This document shows positions 48,847 through 62,521 of a stretch of 64,000 bases of DNA, piece after piece. Position 1 is the stretch's first letter; each line of letters opens with the position of its first letter. Under the pieces are notes generated by a model, which worked only from the letters and a program-made list of their open reading frames with translations, ran no database searches and was not told the DNA's origin. The stretch comes from Ranitomeya imitator (lineage: Eukaryota). A program made the position numbers and the translations under genes. The stretch covers positions 558,868,001 to 558,932,000 of the forward strand of contig NC_091283.1 of NCBI RefSeq assembly GCF_032444005.1, written 5' to 3'.

Positions 48847-51800
48847 GTATTTTGGGAGAGGGTTAGATGGCATGGCTAACTCCTGTGTGTCCTCTGCCCT
48901 GCTAACACCCTTCCTGTCTCCTATAGAGCAAGTTCTCTTATCTTATGCATAGTATTTGGATGTAAATAGTGTCCTGAGGTTTTTATGGTGTCGCTTACCT
49001 GTCTCTGCTATATATGTATAGTTTGTAGTTCCCACCTTTTGTTGCTTTGTTTTTTTTATTCGTATGAATATTGTGCCTATTGGTTTTGCTCGATCTTCTC
49101 TTCCATGCTCCTGACATTTTCAATAAGCAGTGAAATGCAAAGCTGCTTGTTTTTAGACACTTTAAAATTTTACCCATTTTACGAAGTTAAGGCAACACCT
49201 TTAACCCTTTTAACGACATATGACTTACAGTTACATCATATGAAGGCTCCCTGACTTTGATGGGGGCTCAGAATTTTTTTGCCAGCAGATGAACGGCTGT
49301 ATTATTCAGCCATCATCTGCCTCTAACAGCCGCACATGGAAAAAAGCTCCGCCTTTTGCTGTAAAGCTGAGTATTGCTGTCAATCTGTGACTACGGCATT
49401 TACAGCCTGTCACAGGGGGTAAGCTTTTCTAACCGCCCATTAGCACTCCCGTAACGTAGCAATAGGGCCACTATGGGTTTCCGAGACCGCTAAGGATCTG
49501 CTGAAGACCACCATGCCTGTGTTAACTTCACTATGAAAGCTAGCTCATGGCTAGAGTTCATAGGAGACTGTGATTTCTCCTTCGCCTCATTGAGGAACAC
49601 AGACCGTGGGTGTATGCTGCTGCCACTAGGAGGCTGACACTGAGTGATACAAAGAAAGTGATCTCCTCCTCTGCAGTATGCACTTACCACTGGCTCCAGC
49701 CCGAACCAGTTCATGCTTAGTGTCCGTAGGAGGCACATGGGTCTGCTATTCAGACCATAATTTATTTTATTTTTTACTTTTTACTATTTTCTACAAGGAA
49801 TATAGGGGCGATAGATCCTTTCAAGGATTCGATCTCCCCCAACCAACAACAGGCGGAAACGTGGAGTGCACCATGCAAGCCAGGCCTGAGCTATTTTAGG
49901 GGTGACTGTTCCCTTCAGGGCGCCGATCTTCCCACACCAGCAACAGACGGGAACATGGATTGTCGCCTTCTTGTACCCCCTTCTGAGCCAGGCTACAGCC
50001 GGACAACAGCCCTGTCCCATCCTAGGGGAGTTAACCCTTAGAATGTACAGAGGCACCATTGGCGTCTATGCAGCCCCCACTGCATCACCACTGATTGAAC
50101 AGAGGTGATGGACGGAGGCGGATGGTCCCTCTCCACCTCCCTGACAAAGAGATGGTGGATTGAGGGTTTCTGCACCGTCCATACTGCAGGCAGAGCAGTA
50201 GCTCTAAGTTTTTTCAGCATCAACAATGCTTTTTCTACTCTGGTGGTGAGTACCGGGGTGGGGGGCTCCTGCAGCGTGTCACGGCTCCTTGGTGTTTTCC
50301 CGTCCGGCATCGGTAATTTAGTCCCCTGCTTGGCATTTCTCACTCAGTGCGAGAGCGCCTTCTTTGAATCCCAGGGGCCATCTTTAGTGGCACCAGAGCA
50401 AACCTGACATATTTCAGCGGTTCCTTGACAGAAGGCTCCAGGAGGACCACTCTCAGGGCCGCAGGACCTTGGGTAAGTGCTGCACTGCCATATATCCACT
50501 GGCCTTTTTAGGCAGAGCTGCACTGCCATACACATAGTGCACTTGCTTTTGCAGACCTGCGCTGTCTTAGAGCTGCGTAGTTATTAGCCTTCCCTGCAGT
50601 ATATATGCAGTATATATTTGGAGATTAGCCATTTCTGTCCCGTGCTGGACAAGGGTACAGCATGTCTTTCCCTAAAGCATCCAAAAGGGCTATCAAAACA
50701 AAACACATACAGTGTTACTCTGTCGCCTCATTGGGGGACACAGGACCATGGGTGTTAATGCTGCTGTCCACTAGGAGGCGACACTATGCCTAATCTGAAA
50801 AAGATTAACTGTGGCTCCTGCTCTTCAGTATACACCCCTGGACGGCGTCAGCCTTCTCCAGTTTTTGCTTAGTGTCGCATAGGAGGCACACCTAAAGATT
50901 TTTTTTTTTTTAACACCGTTTTTCCCGACGGGATTACAGATGAAGAAAAGAGGGTCTCCTGTGAGACTCCCGGCATGGCTCCTTCCTCGGCCCCCTATTA
51001 CGGGGTGCTTAGTTGAAGTAGAGATGGCTATTCCCCATGTTGCTCCTTCCCCAGTCCCTCGGGTGCTGGTTCGAAGTCGAGACCCCCCTCCTTCCCCAAT
51101 TCCTTTTGGTTTCTGGGTTGAGGTCGAGGCGAGGATAAAGGCCCCTGAAGGTGTGACAACAGCACCCTCCCTAATCCCCCTCTGGGGGTATTAGGTTGAG
51201 ACACCTCAGGTAGGGCCTGTACAGGCAGCACTTTACAGGTCCCAGCAATGGCCCAGCACACTGCGCCTGCATCCAGGGACCCCAGCCCAGCTGCGGGCTC
51301 TTGTTAGGGCCGGGGGGAGTGCAGGCAGGCATGGCACAGACAGACACAGGGCTCCCTGCACCCCTGTCTCTGCGGCAGCATCAGCTCTATACTGCCTCAG
51401 GGAGACCCCAACCAGGCTCCCCCTTCCGCTTATAGCCCCACCGCCATCCTGCCTTTAAATCCGGGGGGGGGGGGTCCGGTTCAGATCCGACCCTCTCCCG
51501 GACTTTCGCGCCGGCCTGGAGCCCTTCTGGGCCTCAGGCATCTAATTTAGGCCCCGGCTTCGGCCTAGCTGAAGCCGCCGCCTCCTCTCCTCCCCCCAGC
51601 CCACCCCCCGGATGACAAATATGACACTCTATAGTGTCATAAAGGGGGTGGATCAAGGCAGAAAGGGCGCGTTTTTACACAGCCTTGCCGCCTTTTTCCA
51701 GCTCTCCGCCCCCTCCTCCTCCTTCCTCTCCTTCTCAGCAGCCATTTTCTGCTGTAGATTAACCCTGCATCTCCCGGTCTGTAGGACCAGGACCAGGCAG

Positions 51801-52187
51801 CCAGTCTCCCGGGGGCACAGGACAGTGGATCTTCTGCGCTGGACCTAGGGGCACACTGGTGGGGTAAGATCGCAGCTGGGTTCTTTACTCAGCTGTGAAT
51901 TCATATTACCTATAAGGCTCCCCTATAGGTTTCTCTACCCCTGTAAGGTCCTCTGCCGGCAGCCCTTCTGCACTTTGTGCACTATGCCGGGCTCAAGGTC
52001 CAAGAGAACCAGGCAGAACTGCTATTATGCATTCTGCACAGCCTGCGGGACCGGTCTCCCCAGTGGCAAGCACGTACCCGCATTGCCAGAACTGCATGCA
52101 AACTAATGTGTCCGAGCCCCAAGAAGCCCCTGCCAATGCCTCGGTGTCTAATGCCACGCCGGAATGGGCTACTCCGATATCGCAATC

Positions 52188-52330
52188 TATTATTATTATT
52201 ATTATTATTTATTTATATAGCACCATTATTTCCATGGTGCTGTACATGTGAAAAGGGGTTACATACAGGGTTATAGATATCGTTAACAGTAAACAAATTT
52301 ACAGTGACAGACTGGTACAGAGGGGAGAAG
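52188..52330 (-). mobile_element. L2-type 3' end with an (AAT)n tail inserted in DIRS A gag
   Basis: (ATT)n followed by TTTATATAGCACC..GGTGCTGTACA. Confidence 0.7.
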
Positions 52331-53649
52331 ACTGTCTATGACGCAGTCTATAGATAACCTAACCTCCACATTGCTTCAGGCTCTGCAGGGTCATGCCTCG
52401 GCTATGACTGTTACCCAGCAAAGGGAGAGCTTGACTCAGGAACAAGATGACCCTGGCACATCCACGTCTAGGTCAGGACGCAAGCAGACCCATAGATCAA
52501 GTCCATCTGCGTCATCCCATAGCACACGGTCATCCCCCTCTAGGTAGAGACACCGTCGTTCCAGGTCATCTAGACCGTCCCATTCCAGGGACAGACAATG
52601 CAGATCTCCGCAATCCCCGACCAGAGAAGGACTCCTCCCCAGCTCACCCAGCAGGGGATGCCTCAGTGATACACAGGATTCGGAAGGCACCTGATCCCAA
52701 TCCATCCTAGCAATACAGCGCTAGTTGAGGACATAATCTCTTCCATCCATCGGGTGCTGGACATTTCTGATCCGCCACCAGAGGCCCCAGAACATAAGAT
52801 TTCCTTTGAAGGACCTCTGAAGCCGCCTAAGGTTAAGGCGATCCTTAAGAAGCAGCTCTCACAGCTTGAGAAAAAAATCGCTAATCGCAAATATCTGGAG
52901 GCGAGGTACCCCTTCCCACAGAAGGACACCAAGGAATGGACAGATCTACCCTAAGTGGACCCCCCAGTTTCTAGGCTAGCAGCACAGACCCTTTTTTCAC
53001 TGCCAGATAGCTCAACCCTCAGGGATGCAGCAGACTGGCAGGTAGAACGCATGGCTCGTTCAATTTTCGAGGCAGCAGGAGCATCCCTGGCTCCCACGTT
53101 CGCCTCAGTTTGGGCTACCAAGGCCATTCTGGCCTGGGCAAAAAATTTACCAGCTCTCCAAGCATCCGCTCCTGAGCTGTCGGACCAAGCGGTTCAAATA
53201 GCAGTTGTAGCAGACTACATGCTTCATGCAGCTCTGGATTCAGCAAGAGGAGTAGCGGGGATAGCATCAAACGCCATCACAATTCGTTTTATCCTCTGAC
53301 TACGGGAATGGAAAGCGGACGCAGCCTCAAAGTCCCTCACACACCTCCGCTACCTCAGTGGGAGACTTTTCGGTGAACAGTTGGACACTGATATCCAATG
53401 CTACCGGGGGTAAGAGTACTTCTCTTCCCCAACTCAGACTTAAACGCCCTTACAAGAAGCGTAACCAAACTCCATTCCGATCCTTTCAGAATTCCTCGGG
53501 CGGGTCCGTCTCGCGTCCAGCACAAAATCGAAACCGTTCCCCACGCAGGGACAACTCACGATCGACGCAAAGGTCGGACAAGACCTGGCAGTCAAAAGCA
53601 GGCCAGCCTAAGCCCAGAGGAGGAAAATCTCAGACTTTCTCCTCATCAT

Positions 53650-55555
53650 GACTCACGGACTCCGGAAGACACCACACCAGTAGGCGGCCGACTTTTGCTC
53701 TTTCATCAAGTCTGGCTGCCTATTACAGAAGACAGGTGGGTCAGGGAACTAGTGTCTTCCGGATACAAAATAGACTTCACCTCCAACCCACCGGACCGAT
53801 TCTTCCTCTCTGTCCCCCCCAAAACCGCCAGCCAAGGCTCGTGCCTACCACCAAGTGGTGGTCTCGCTTTTTCAAGCAGGAGTCATAGTACCGGTCCCCA
53901 CGACCGACCGCTTCCGAGGGTTCTACTCCAATCTGTTCGTAGTTCCCAAGAAAGGAGGCAGCGTACGGCCCATACTGGACCTAAAACAGCTCAACAAATA
54001 TGTACGTGTCCGTCACTTCCGCATGGAGTCCCTTCGGTCCATCATTGCGTCCATGGAGAACGGAGACTATCTCGCCTCCATAGACATACAAGACGCATAC
54101 CTGCATATACCCATTGCACCTGCCCATCAGAGGTCTCTCAGGTTCGCAATAGGCCAGGACCACCACCAATTCGTGGCTCTCCCTTTCGGACTTGCCACGG
54201 CTCCCAGAGTGTTCACCAAAGTCATGGCAGCCACCATGGACGTCCTGCACTCCAGAGGCATAGTAGTCGTTCCATACCTGGACGATCTACTCATCAAGGC
54301 TCCCACCTTCAAGGACTGCGAGCTCAGCGTCTCAATCACAACCGATACTCTCAGTCGCATGGGCTGGTTAATCAACCTACAAAAGTCATCACCAACCCCG
54401 AGTCAGTCTCTGACCTTCCTGGGAATGCTATTCAACACCTCCAGGGGTCTAGTGCTCCTTCCCAAGGACAAGGCACTGGCTCTCCGCCTAGGAGTTCGCA
54501 CCCTCCTGCGCAAACCCCTTCGATCTCTCCGGTTTGCTATGAGAGTCCTCGGCAAGATGGGGGCAGCAATAGAAGCAGTCCCATTTGCCCAGTTTCACCT
54601 CAGGCCTCTCCAACTAGCCATTCTCAAGTCCTGGGACAGGAATCCCTTTTCTCTCGACAGGGAGTTCCAGCTAACGTCGTCAACCAGGAGGTCCCTGCAC
54701 TGGTGGCTCAAGCCAACTTCGCTAGCAAAGGGGAAATCCTTTCTCACAGGTAAATGGAAGGTTCTGACCACCGACGCGAGCCTGACGGGTTGGGGTGCGG
54801 TGCACCTACACCACAGGGGACAGGGCAAGTGGTCCCCAGTGGAAGCGACCATGCCCATCAACATCCTGCAAATTCGTGCCATCCTCCTGGCATTGAGGGC
54901 CTTCCATCACTTACTGGCAGCCTCTCATATCAGAATACAGTCGGACAATGCCACGGCCGTGGCATATGTGAATCACCAAGGGGAAACCCGCAGTACCCAG
55001 GCGATGCGAGAAGTGTCACACATCCTCCGCTGGGCGGAGGATACAGGGTCTGTTCTTTCGGCGGTCCACATTCCGGGTGTGGACAACTGGGAAGCAGACT
55101 TCCTCGGCCGACAGGGAATAGATTCGGGAGAGTGGTCTCTCCATCCCGAAATTTTTCACCAGATCTGTCACCGCTGGGGAACCCCAGATGTGGATCTAAT
55201 GGCATCCCACTTCAATGCCAAGGTCTCCAACTTCATGGCCAGAACACACGATCCACGGTCGCTCGGAGCAGACGCTCTGGTTCAGGACGGGACTCAGTTC
55301 CAGCTCCTGTATATTTTTCCACCTCTTCCCCTGATATCCAGAGTGGTGAGGAAGATCAAACAACAGGGAGTTCCAACCATCCGAATTGCACCGGACTGGC
55401 CCAGACGTATATGGTACGCCGACATTGTACAACTTACAGCAGAAGCCCCCTGGTGTCTCCCCGACCGCCACGATCTTCTATCACAAGGCCCGTTCTACCA
55501 CCAGAACTCAGGGGCTCTCAATTTGACGGTGTGGCCCTTGAGACCTGGGTTCTAA
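53650..55555 (+). pseudogene. DIRS RT / RNase H / methyltransferase-like ORF (frameshift near 53830-53855)
   Basis: SNLFVVPKK, RPILDLK, IDIQDAYLH, LPFGL, YLDD, TTDAS, SDN, DLMAS, YIFPP. INILQIRA has Q where an Asp/Glu catalytic-type E is expected. Confidence 0.9.
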
Positions 55556-56558
55556 CCCAGGCAGGGTTCTCGCCGGACGTCATTGGAACCATGATCAGGG
55601 CACGGAAGCCAGCCTCTGCCAAGATTTATTACCGTACCTGGAAAGCTTTCTTTACCTGGTGCGAATCTCGTGGCCAGATCCCACTCCCTTATTCTCTACC
55701 CAAAGTACTTGGTTTTCTCCAATCCGGTCTGGAGGCCAGGCTGTTGTTGGGCTCGCTTAATAGCCAGGTGTCAGCCCTCTCAGTGCTTTTTCAAAGGCGC
55801 ATTGCTACCAAGCCGCAAGTAAGGACTTTCCTTCAGGGAGTTTCCCGATTTGGTTCCCCCCTTCAGACGACCACTAGAAATGTGGGACCTTAACCTGGTC
55901 CTGACAGCATTGCAGGAACCACCCTTCGAGCCCATTAAGGAGGTCCCGCTCCGCCTTCTCTCCCAGAAGGTGGTTTTCCTAGTGGCAATCACCTCGCTAC
56001 ACAGGGTGTCTGAACTGACAGCACTCTCCTGCAGACGGCCCTTCCTGGCTTTTCACCAGGACAAGGTAGTTCTTCGTACGGTACCATCCTTCCTTCCGAA
56101 GGTTGTGTCCAACTTCCACCTCAATGAGGAAATTTCACTACCATCCCTTTGTTCATAGAGTGGAGAAGGCTCTGCATACGCTTGACCTTGTCAGGGCATT
56201 GCGTATATACGTGTCTAGGACTGCGTCCTTCCGGAGGTCTGATTCTCTTTTCCTCCTTCCGGAAGGCGGCCACAAGGGTCTGCCAGCTTCCAAAGCTACC
56301 CTTGCCAGGTGGATCAAATCCACCATACAAGAGGCCTACTGCCTTAAGAATTCTCCTCTTCCAGCCGGTATTACGGCACACTCTACACGGGCGGTAGGGG
56401 CCTCCTGGGCCATTCGGAACCAGGCTTTGGCACAACAGGTGTGTAAGGTGGCAACTTGGACTAGCCTACACACGTTTACTAAACACTACAGGGTTCATAC
56501 TCAGTCCTCAGCGGATGCGAGCCTGGGTAGATGTGTCCTGCAAGCGGCGGTGCCCTAA
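55540..56558 (+). pseudogene. DIRS tyrosine recombinase (frameshifts near 55850 and 56150)
   Basis: ITSLHRVSEL (R), AHSTR (HxxR), TFTKHY (Y). The same frame extends upstream over RT (ORFs 53398-54753 and 54754-55893). Confidence 0.9.
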
Positions 56559-58833
56559 GTATAGGGGCCTGTCTGCACAATATTCGTCCATTGCTTTCCA
56601 CCCAGGGACTGCTTTAGGACGTCCCATGCTCCTGTGTCCCCCAATGAGGCGACAGAGTAAAGGAGATTTTTGTGTACTCAACGTAAAATCTCTTTCTCTT
56701 AGCCTCTAATTGGGGGACACAGCTCCCACCCTGTTTGCCCTTTTCGGGCTGTTGTTACTGTTGAGTTCTCATATTGTTCCTTGAGCTCGTACATACTGGC
56801 CTTCTTATAGGCATGTCTATGTTATTCACGTTACGTTCCTCCTACTGCTTTTGCACAAAACTGGAGAAGGCTGACGCCGTCCAGGGGTGTATACTGCAGA
56901 GGAGGAGCCACAGTTAATCTTTTTCAGATTATGCATATTGTCGCCTCCTAGTGGACAGCAGCATAACACCCATGGTCCTGTGTCCCCCAATTAGAGGCTA
57001 AGAGAAAGATTTTACGGTGAGTACACAAAAATCTCCTTTTTTCCCCTCATGTACCTACTGTCAGGCTGCATTGCCACGGCGACAGAATACTCCACTCTGT
57101 GACACCTGTGACCCTGAACGCGCTCAGAAGCCCTCCGTCGCGACCGATCCCAGTGTACCTAGCCCCCTGAGTGGGCTTAATCACTGTCGCAGTCCATGGC
57201 TTCCTTAGCCAAAGCAATTCCCTCTGGGGGTAGGGACATTAGTCTGTCTGTCTTAGAAGGTTACCCTACATCATGGGAATCGTTGGCCTGCAGGGGCCGT
57301 TCTCAGTCGAAGGAGATACGGGCATCTAGAAATAGGACACATAGCAAGTCTCGCGGGCCCTCTGGCGCCTCGGCATCCATGAGCTCCGTTTCTTGCTCTC
57401 CCTCTCTGAGTTGGTAGCGAACAGAACTCATGAGTACGAGTCTAATGGGCCGCTCGACCTGGACTCGCTGGGCTACCAGGCAACGGTGGGTAATCTCTTA
57501 AAGACCATCAACCAGACTTTGAAGGTTGACGAGGAATCTACTTCTATCCCAAATCACGTGGTGTCCTTCAAAAGGACCAAACGTCCTTAACGCGTGTTTG
57601 CCAGTCAGCATGAGTTTCAGGACATAGTTCAGTGGCATAGAGAGCGGCTGGACAAGCACTTCACATTTCAAAAGCCTCTTGAGGCCAGATACCCTTTCAC
57701 CCATATCTCGCTTTGCCTCCAAATCTGTTCACGGTCCCCAAGTAGGATGGTACAGTCAGACCCCTCCTGGATCTAAAGCTTTTAAACAGATTTGTCAGAG
57801 TCCGGCATTTCAGGATGGAGTCCCTTCGTTCCGTCATCGCCTCGATGGAGCAAGGCGAGTTCCTAGCCTCCATCGACATTCGGGATGCGTATCTTCACAT
57901 TCCATTCTTCCCTCCTCACCAAAGGTTCCTTTGCTTCGTTGTTCATGGAGAACATTTTCAGTTCACAGCCTTACCACGGCCCCCAGAGTCTTCACAAGTC
58001 TTCTAAGTCAGCAATAGCCAGATGGATTCGGTCGACTATTCAAGAAGCTTACCGCTTCAGAAGCAAGACAATTCCAGTGGGGATCAAGGCACACTTCACT
58101 CTGTCAGTAGGCGCTTCGTGGGCGATTCAGCATTAAGCATCTGCAGAGCAGGTTTGCAAAGAGACGACCTGGTCCAGCCTGCACACTTTGTCAAAGCATT
58201 ATAATGTCCATACTCGGGCATCTGCAGACGCGAGCCTGGGTAGACGTATCTTGCAGGCAGCAGTAGCGCATCTTTAGATGGCAGGTGCCGTGAGTTTACT
58301 CTGTTATGGTGTCCTGTCCCCCTCCCCAATGAGGCGAAGGAGAAATAGGGATTTTTGTGTACTCACCGTAAAATCCTTTTCTCCGAGCCACTCATTGGGG
58401 GACCCAGCACCCACCCTTCTGACCTGTTGCCTATGATAAGTGTTATAATTTTGACATGTTGTACCTATGGTTAATTTTTGTTATTCTACTGCTTGGTCAC
58501 TGAACTGGTTCTATCCGAAGCCAGTGGGTGGTGTTTACTGCAGAGGAGGAGCTAACCGTTTTTGTATATACTTAGTGTCAGCCTCTTAGTGGCAGCAGCA
58601 TACACCCACAGTACTGTGTCCCCCAATGAGTGGCTTGGAGAAATGGATTTTATGGTGTGTACATAAAAATCCCTATTTTTTTCACTATTTTACTGCATTT
58701 TTTTACTTACATCTAGTGCATCACATGATAAAATTGACCGTGTAATGCAAAAGTGCTACTTTTCCTGCAAAAAACAAACCCTCACATAACTATGAAAAAG
58801 TAGAAAAAATGCCATCAACTGCAAAAATGAATA

Positions 58834-59400
58834 CCGTATGTACTGGTGTATAAGCTGAGATTTTCAGCACACTTTTTTGTGCTGAAAACTCCCCCCTCGG
58901 CTTATACACTCATTGTCCAGAAAGCCAGCTGGGGAGTCGGTGGCTGTAGCACAGTTCCAGCTGCAACCGCAGGCTTCCAAAAGACATCAATACTCTCCCT
59001 CCGTCACTGCATCTCTGTCCCGAAGCCGGCAGCTATTCCTGTGCTTAGCGGTCAGGTGGTACCGCTCAGTAAGGTGATGAATATGCATGCGTCTCCACTC
59101 CCATAGGCGTGGAGTGCATATTCATTAATGAGTAGTACCACGTGACCGCTAAGCACAGGAACAAGGAAGAGCTGCCGGGACAGAGATGTAGGGACGCTCA
59201 AGGTGTGTGAGTAGGACGGGGGAGGGGTGTGAGCCATGCGGGGGACCGTGGGAGCCATGCATACAATAGGGGGAGCCACACATACCAGGACAGGATGGGG
59301 TTGTCACACATACCAGGAGAAAACGGGGGAGCCACATATACCATAACAAGACGGGGGGAGCCACATATACCAGGACAGGATGTGGGGAGGAAAGATACTG
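58834..59400. mobile_element. pogo/Tc2-like MITE fragment with internal tandem repeats (about 59230-59390)
   Basis: TA|CCGTATGTACTGGTGTATAAGCTGAG resembles CCGTATATACTCGAGTATAAGCCGAG termini. No second end seen. Confidence 0.55.
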
Positions 59401-60328
59401 CTGGAAACGAGTTTAGTCTGAGTACCAAGTTTCATACTTGGCATTCCATTTGCCTCAATCAAGTGAATGGCTAATTTTTTTTCAGGGATTCAGAACATGG
59501 CGTTGGACTAAGTTATTAATTGGTTGCCAATTACATTATGAGTATGCTCTAAATTTCTAGTGCATATGATAATGTGTTTATTAACCACCAGTTGCAAGAA
59601 AGGACATTGAGATCATACAAAATATCCAAATTTTAAACTAAGAGAGACTTGTTCACAGCATCTCACAGATCCAAACAAGGAATCCGCATTGGCACCGCAC
59701 CACACCGGTGAAATGTCTATCGATCTAATTACTGCTTACCCATTTTATATGTAATGTGGCATCTACTCTTTGCGCCCCAACTTGCGTTTTGCAATTACTG
59801 CTTTTTCAAGGGGATATGCTCTAATGATACATGTAGAGAGAAAATATCCAAGCTCCCTCTGAAATAAAAATTTCTCTATGAAAACATTGTTTTATTAATA
59901 ATGCTTTTGGAAGGATGGCTTAAAAATATGAAAAACATGGCCTACAAGTTTTGAGCGTGAACTCTTAATCGTAGCCTAACGTGTAGGCCAAGTGTTCCAT
60001 ATTTTAACCCTTTATTTTAAGAATGTATCAATAAAATAATGTGATATATATTTTCACATATATTCACTGCTGGAGCTTGATATTTCACAGTGAATATGCT
60101 GTAATCACACCCATGCTGTTTGACGGCCTAGTACCCAACATATATGTGCAGTGCTGGCCGTTGAGCAATGTGCACGAAATGATTACAGAGCGTTCGCTAT
60201 GTAATGAGCGGTGAGTGTAACAGGAAGCGAGTGGCTGCAAGAAGAATTAAACTTAATTTTCTCCCTCTAGCCACTATTCCAGCAAGCCAGCTTCATTGGG
60301 GTTTAAATGCCATTTCTCTACACATTAA

Positions 60329-60640
60329 AGGGAACCTATCACCAGGTTTTCCCATATGAGTTAAGGCCAGTACCTGTAAGCCCTCATATATAGAATTCTA
60401 ATATGCTGTATATATGCCCCCAACCAAGCCTGCAAGACAAGAAAAAGACCTTTTATTGTACTCACCTAGGGGGTGGTCCGGTCTGGTAGGCGTGGCTTGA
60501 CTTCATCCGGCTTCTTCTCTGTTCCTTGCTTTGTGTGGATGATGCGTCGTACGTCATCCACACAATATCCCCGGCATTGCACTCCTGCGCAGGCGCACTC
60601 CTCTCTGCCTAGTCTTGGGCAGTGTGAAGTAGTGCAGTAA
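60329..60640. mobile_element. Truncated Kolobok/T2 MITE
   Basis: TTAA|AGGGAACCTATCACC. Confidence 0.55.
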
Positions 60641-61309
60641 AATGCCAAAGAGTACCGGCGCACGTGCACTACATTACTTTATGCTAGAAAAGAGAATGGA
60701 CAGCACCTCTAAAAATCATACGTGGATCTAATACCGCTAAGCAAGAATCTATATAACTGAACATGAGGGTCTCAGTTTCACATTCTAATCTGAGCTTACA
60801 TCTGAAATTTTGGAAAACTGGATTTGCACACTGACGGGGCCATCGACTGTAATTATGCAGTTGGAGTCAGCGTGTGCTCTGTTGGACATAATTTTTGGTC
60901 TCATCAGCCAATTTGAGGTGGGTGCCCAAATGCAGGTGACCATATCTTGGTGCCCACCTCAAATAGGCAAATACGTCCCAAAATTGTCCGGTGGAGTAAG
61001 TGACATGGGAATTAAAATATGGACGCTGCCTTACAATGACAGGTAACACTTGTATACACAGCTTATAACATAGGATGCACCTATTATACTATTCAACATG
61101 CGTTACCACTCCCCCTGCTCTTCATTTCATTTCACAATGACTTTTGTACGCACAGGGAATCTGACACCACATTTGACCTATCTAAACTATTAATCGAGGC
61201 ATATAGGTGCAGACTGATGAAAAAAGTCTTCCCTGTATTTCTTCTTACATGTATTGTTGAGAAATCATCTTTAATCACTTTATATAAATGACCTGTTCTA
61301 GGCTTTGGA

Positions 61310-61468
61310 AGCTCTTCTGTATGTATTTTTATAAGCTTGCGAGCAGGACCCTCACTCCTCCTGTAATTGTTGGAGTTTGTTTCATTGTATTGTTTTTATT
61401 GTCTGTACATGCCCCCTTTTAATTGTAAAGTGCTGCGGAGTGTGTTAGCGCTATATAAATGAAAATTA
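61310..61468 (+). mobile_element. L2 LINE 3' end
   Basis: TAAGCT..GAGCAGG.CCCTC ... TGTAAAGTGCTGCGGA..GCGCTATATAAAT. Confidence 0.65.
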
Positions 61469-61766
61469 CCATTGTGTCTCATATCAGATATTTGTTGTTG
61501 AGAAATCCTCTTTTATCACTTTTTTTATAATGAGCTATTCCAGGCTCTGGGAGGATGGCTCCTGCGCCGTAGCATAATTCGGAATGCTATAGATGCTATT
61601 GCATAGGCTCTACCGCCAGCGCCATTTTCTTACAGGAAAAAAAATTGTCCCTACAAAGATGGCGCAGTTGCATTTATCGGATCGCCATCTTAGTAGAGAC
61701 AATTTTTTTTTTCTCGAGGAAAATGTCTTGGCGCCTGCGCAGTAGCATCTATCACGTTCCGAATTA

Positions 61767-62091
61767 CAGTACAGACCAAAAGTTTGGACACACCTTCTCA
61801 TTTAAAGATTTTTCTGTATTTTCATGACTATGAAAATTGTACATTCACACTGAATCATGAGAATGCCAAGAGTGTGCAAAGCAGTCATCAAAGCAAAAGG
61901 TGGCTACTTTGAAGAACCTAGAATATAAGCCATATTTTCAGTTGTTTCACACTTTTTTGTTAAGTATATAATTCCACATGTGTTAATTCATAGTTTTGAT
62001 GCCTTCAGTGTGAATGTACAATTTTCATAGTCATGAAAATACAGAAAAATCTTTAAATGAGAAGGTGTCTCCAAACTTTTGGTCTGTATTG
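61767..62091. mobile_element. Tc1-derived MITE (same family as 47150-48294)
   Basis: TA|CAGTACAGACCAAAAGTTTGGAC ... CCAAACTTTTGGTCTGTATTG|TA. Confidence 0.9.
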
Positions 62092-62521
62092 TATGCTTCT
62101 GCACTGGCAAACCCGGCACCATTTTAAGGAAAACATTTTTTTTTCTTAAGAAATTAATATCACAAAATGAAACGAATATATGGATATTATAGATACGGTC
62201 ATGCGACAGCGCCAGCATGATGAATGTAATTTTTTTTCAAACAATAAGATATACATTATGTAAACTAGGGGGCAGGTCAGTGAGGGATCAGTGAGCTGTC
62301 ATTAGCCATACAGATGAATATGTAAGCAGAGCACCACATGGAGCCCTCCCACAGGCTGCCCCGAAGCTCAAGAATCTCATTAACTGAAAAGTACAAATAA
62401 ATATTAAACAACAACCACAAGACAGATTCCATCAACCAAGGTATCATTGTAATCAGTATAACGGTGCCTACCTGACACTGTAGATTACTGTGCACAGTCC
62501 TGCTGACAGGTTCCTTTTTAA

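Larger units (their letters stand above)
50715..57039 (+). mobile_element. Near-intact DIRS1-type retrotransposon A
   Basis: Left ITR 50715-50866, right ITR 56857-57039, and ICR 56622-56722 complementary to both outer ends. Gag, RT-RH-MT and YR frames present. Confidence 0.93.
49574..58680 (+). mobile_element. Older, internally deleted DIRS element B (host of element A)
   Basis: Left ITR starts TTTCTCCTTCGCCTCATTG, ICR near 58315-58405, right ITR near 58500-58680. Gag MSFPKASKRAIKTKHIQC is split from FPSCTYCQAALP. RT remnant MESLRSVIAS..IDIRDAYLHIP and YR remnant IARWIRSTI. Confidence 0.82.

Noticed and set aside
54930-56435. Minus-strand ORFs over DIRS A (and similar ones over CR1 and Tc1)
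   Set aside because: They are antisense shadows of GC-rich TE coding regions.
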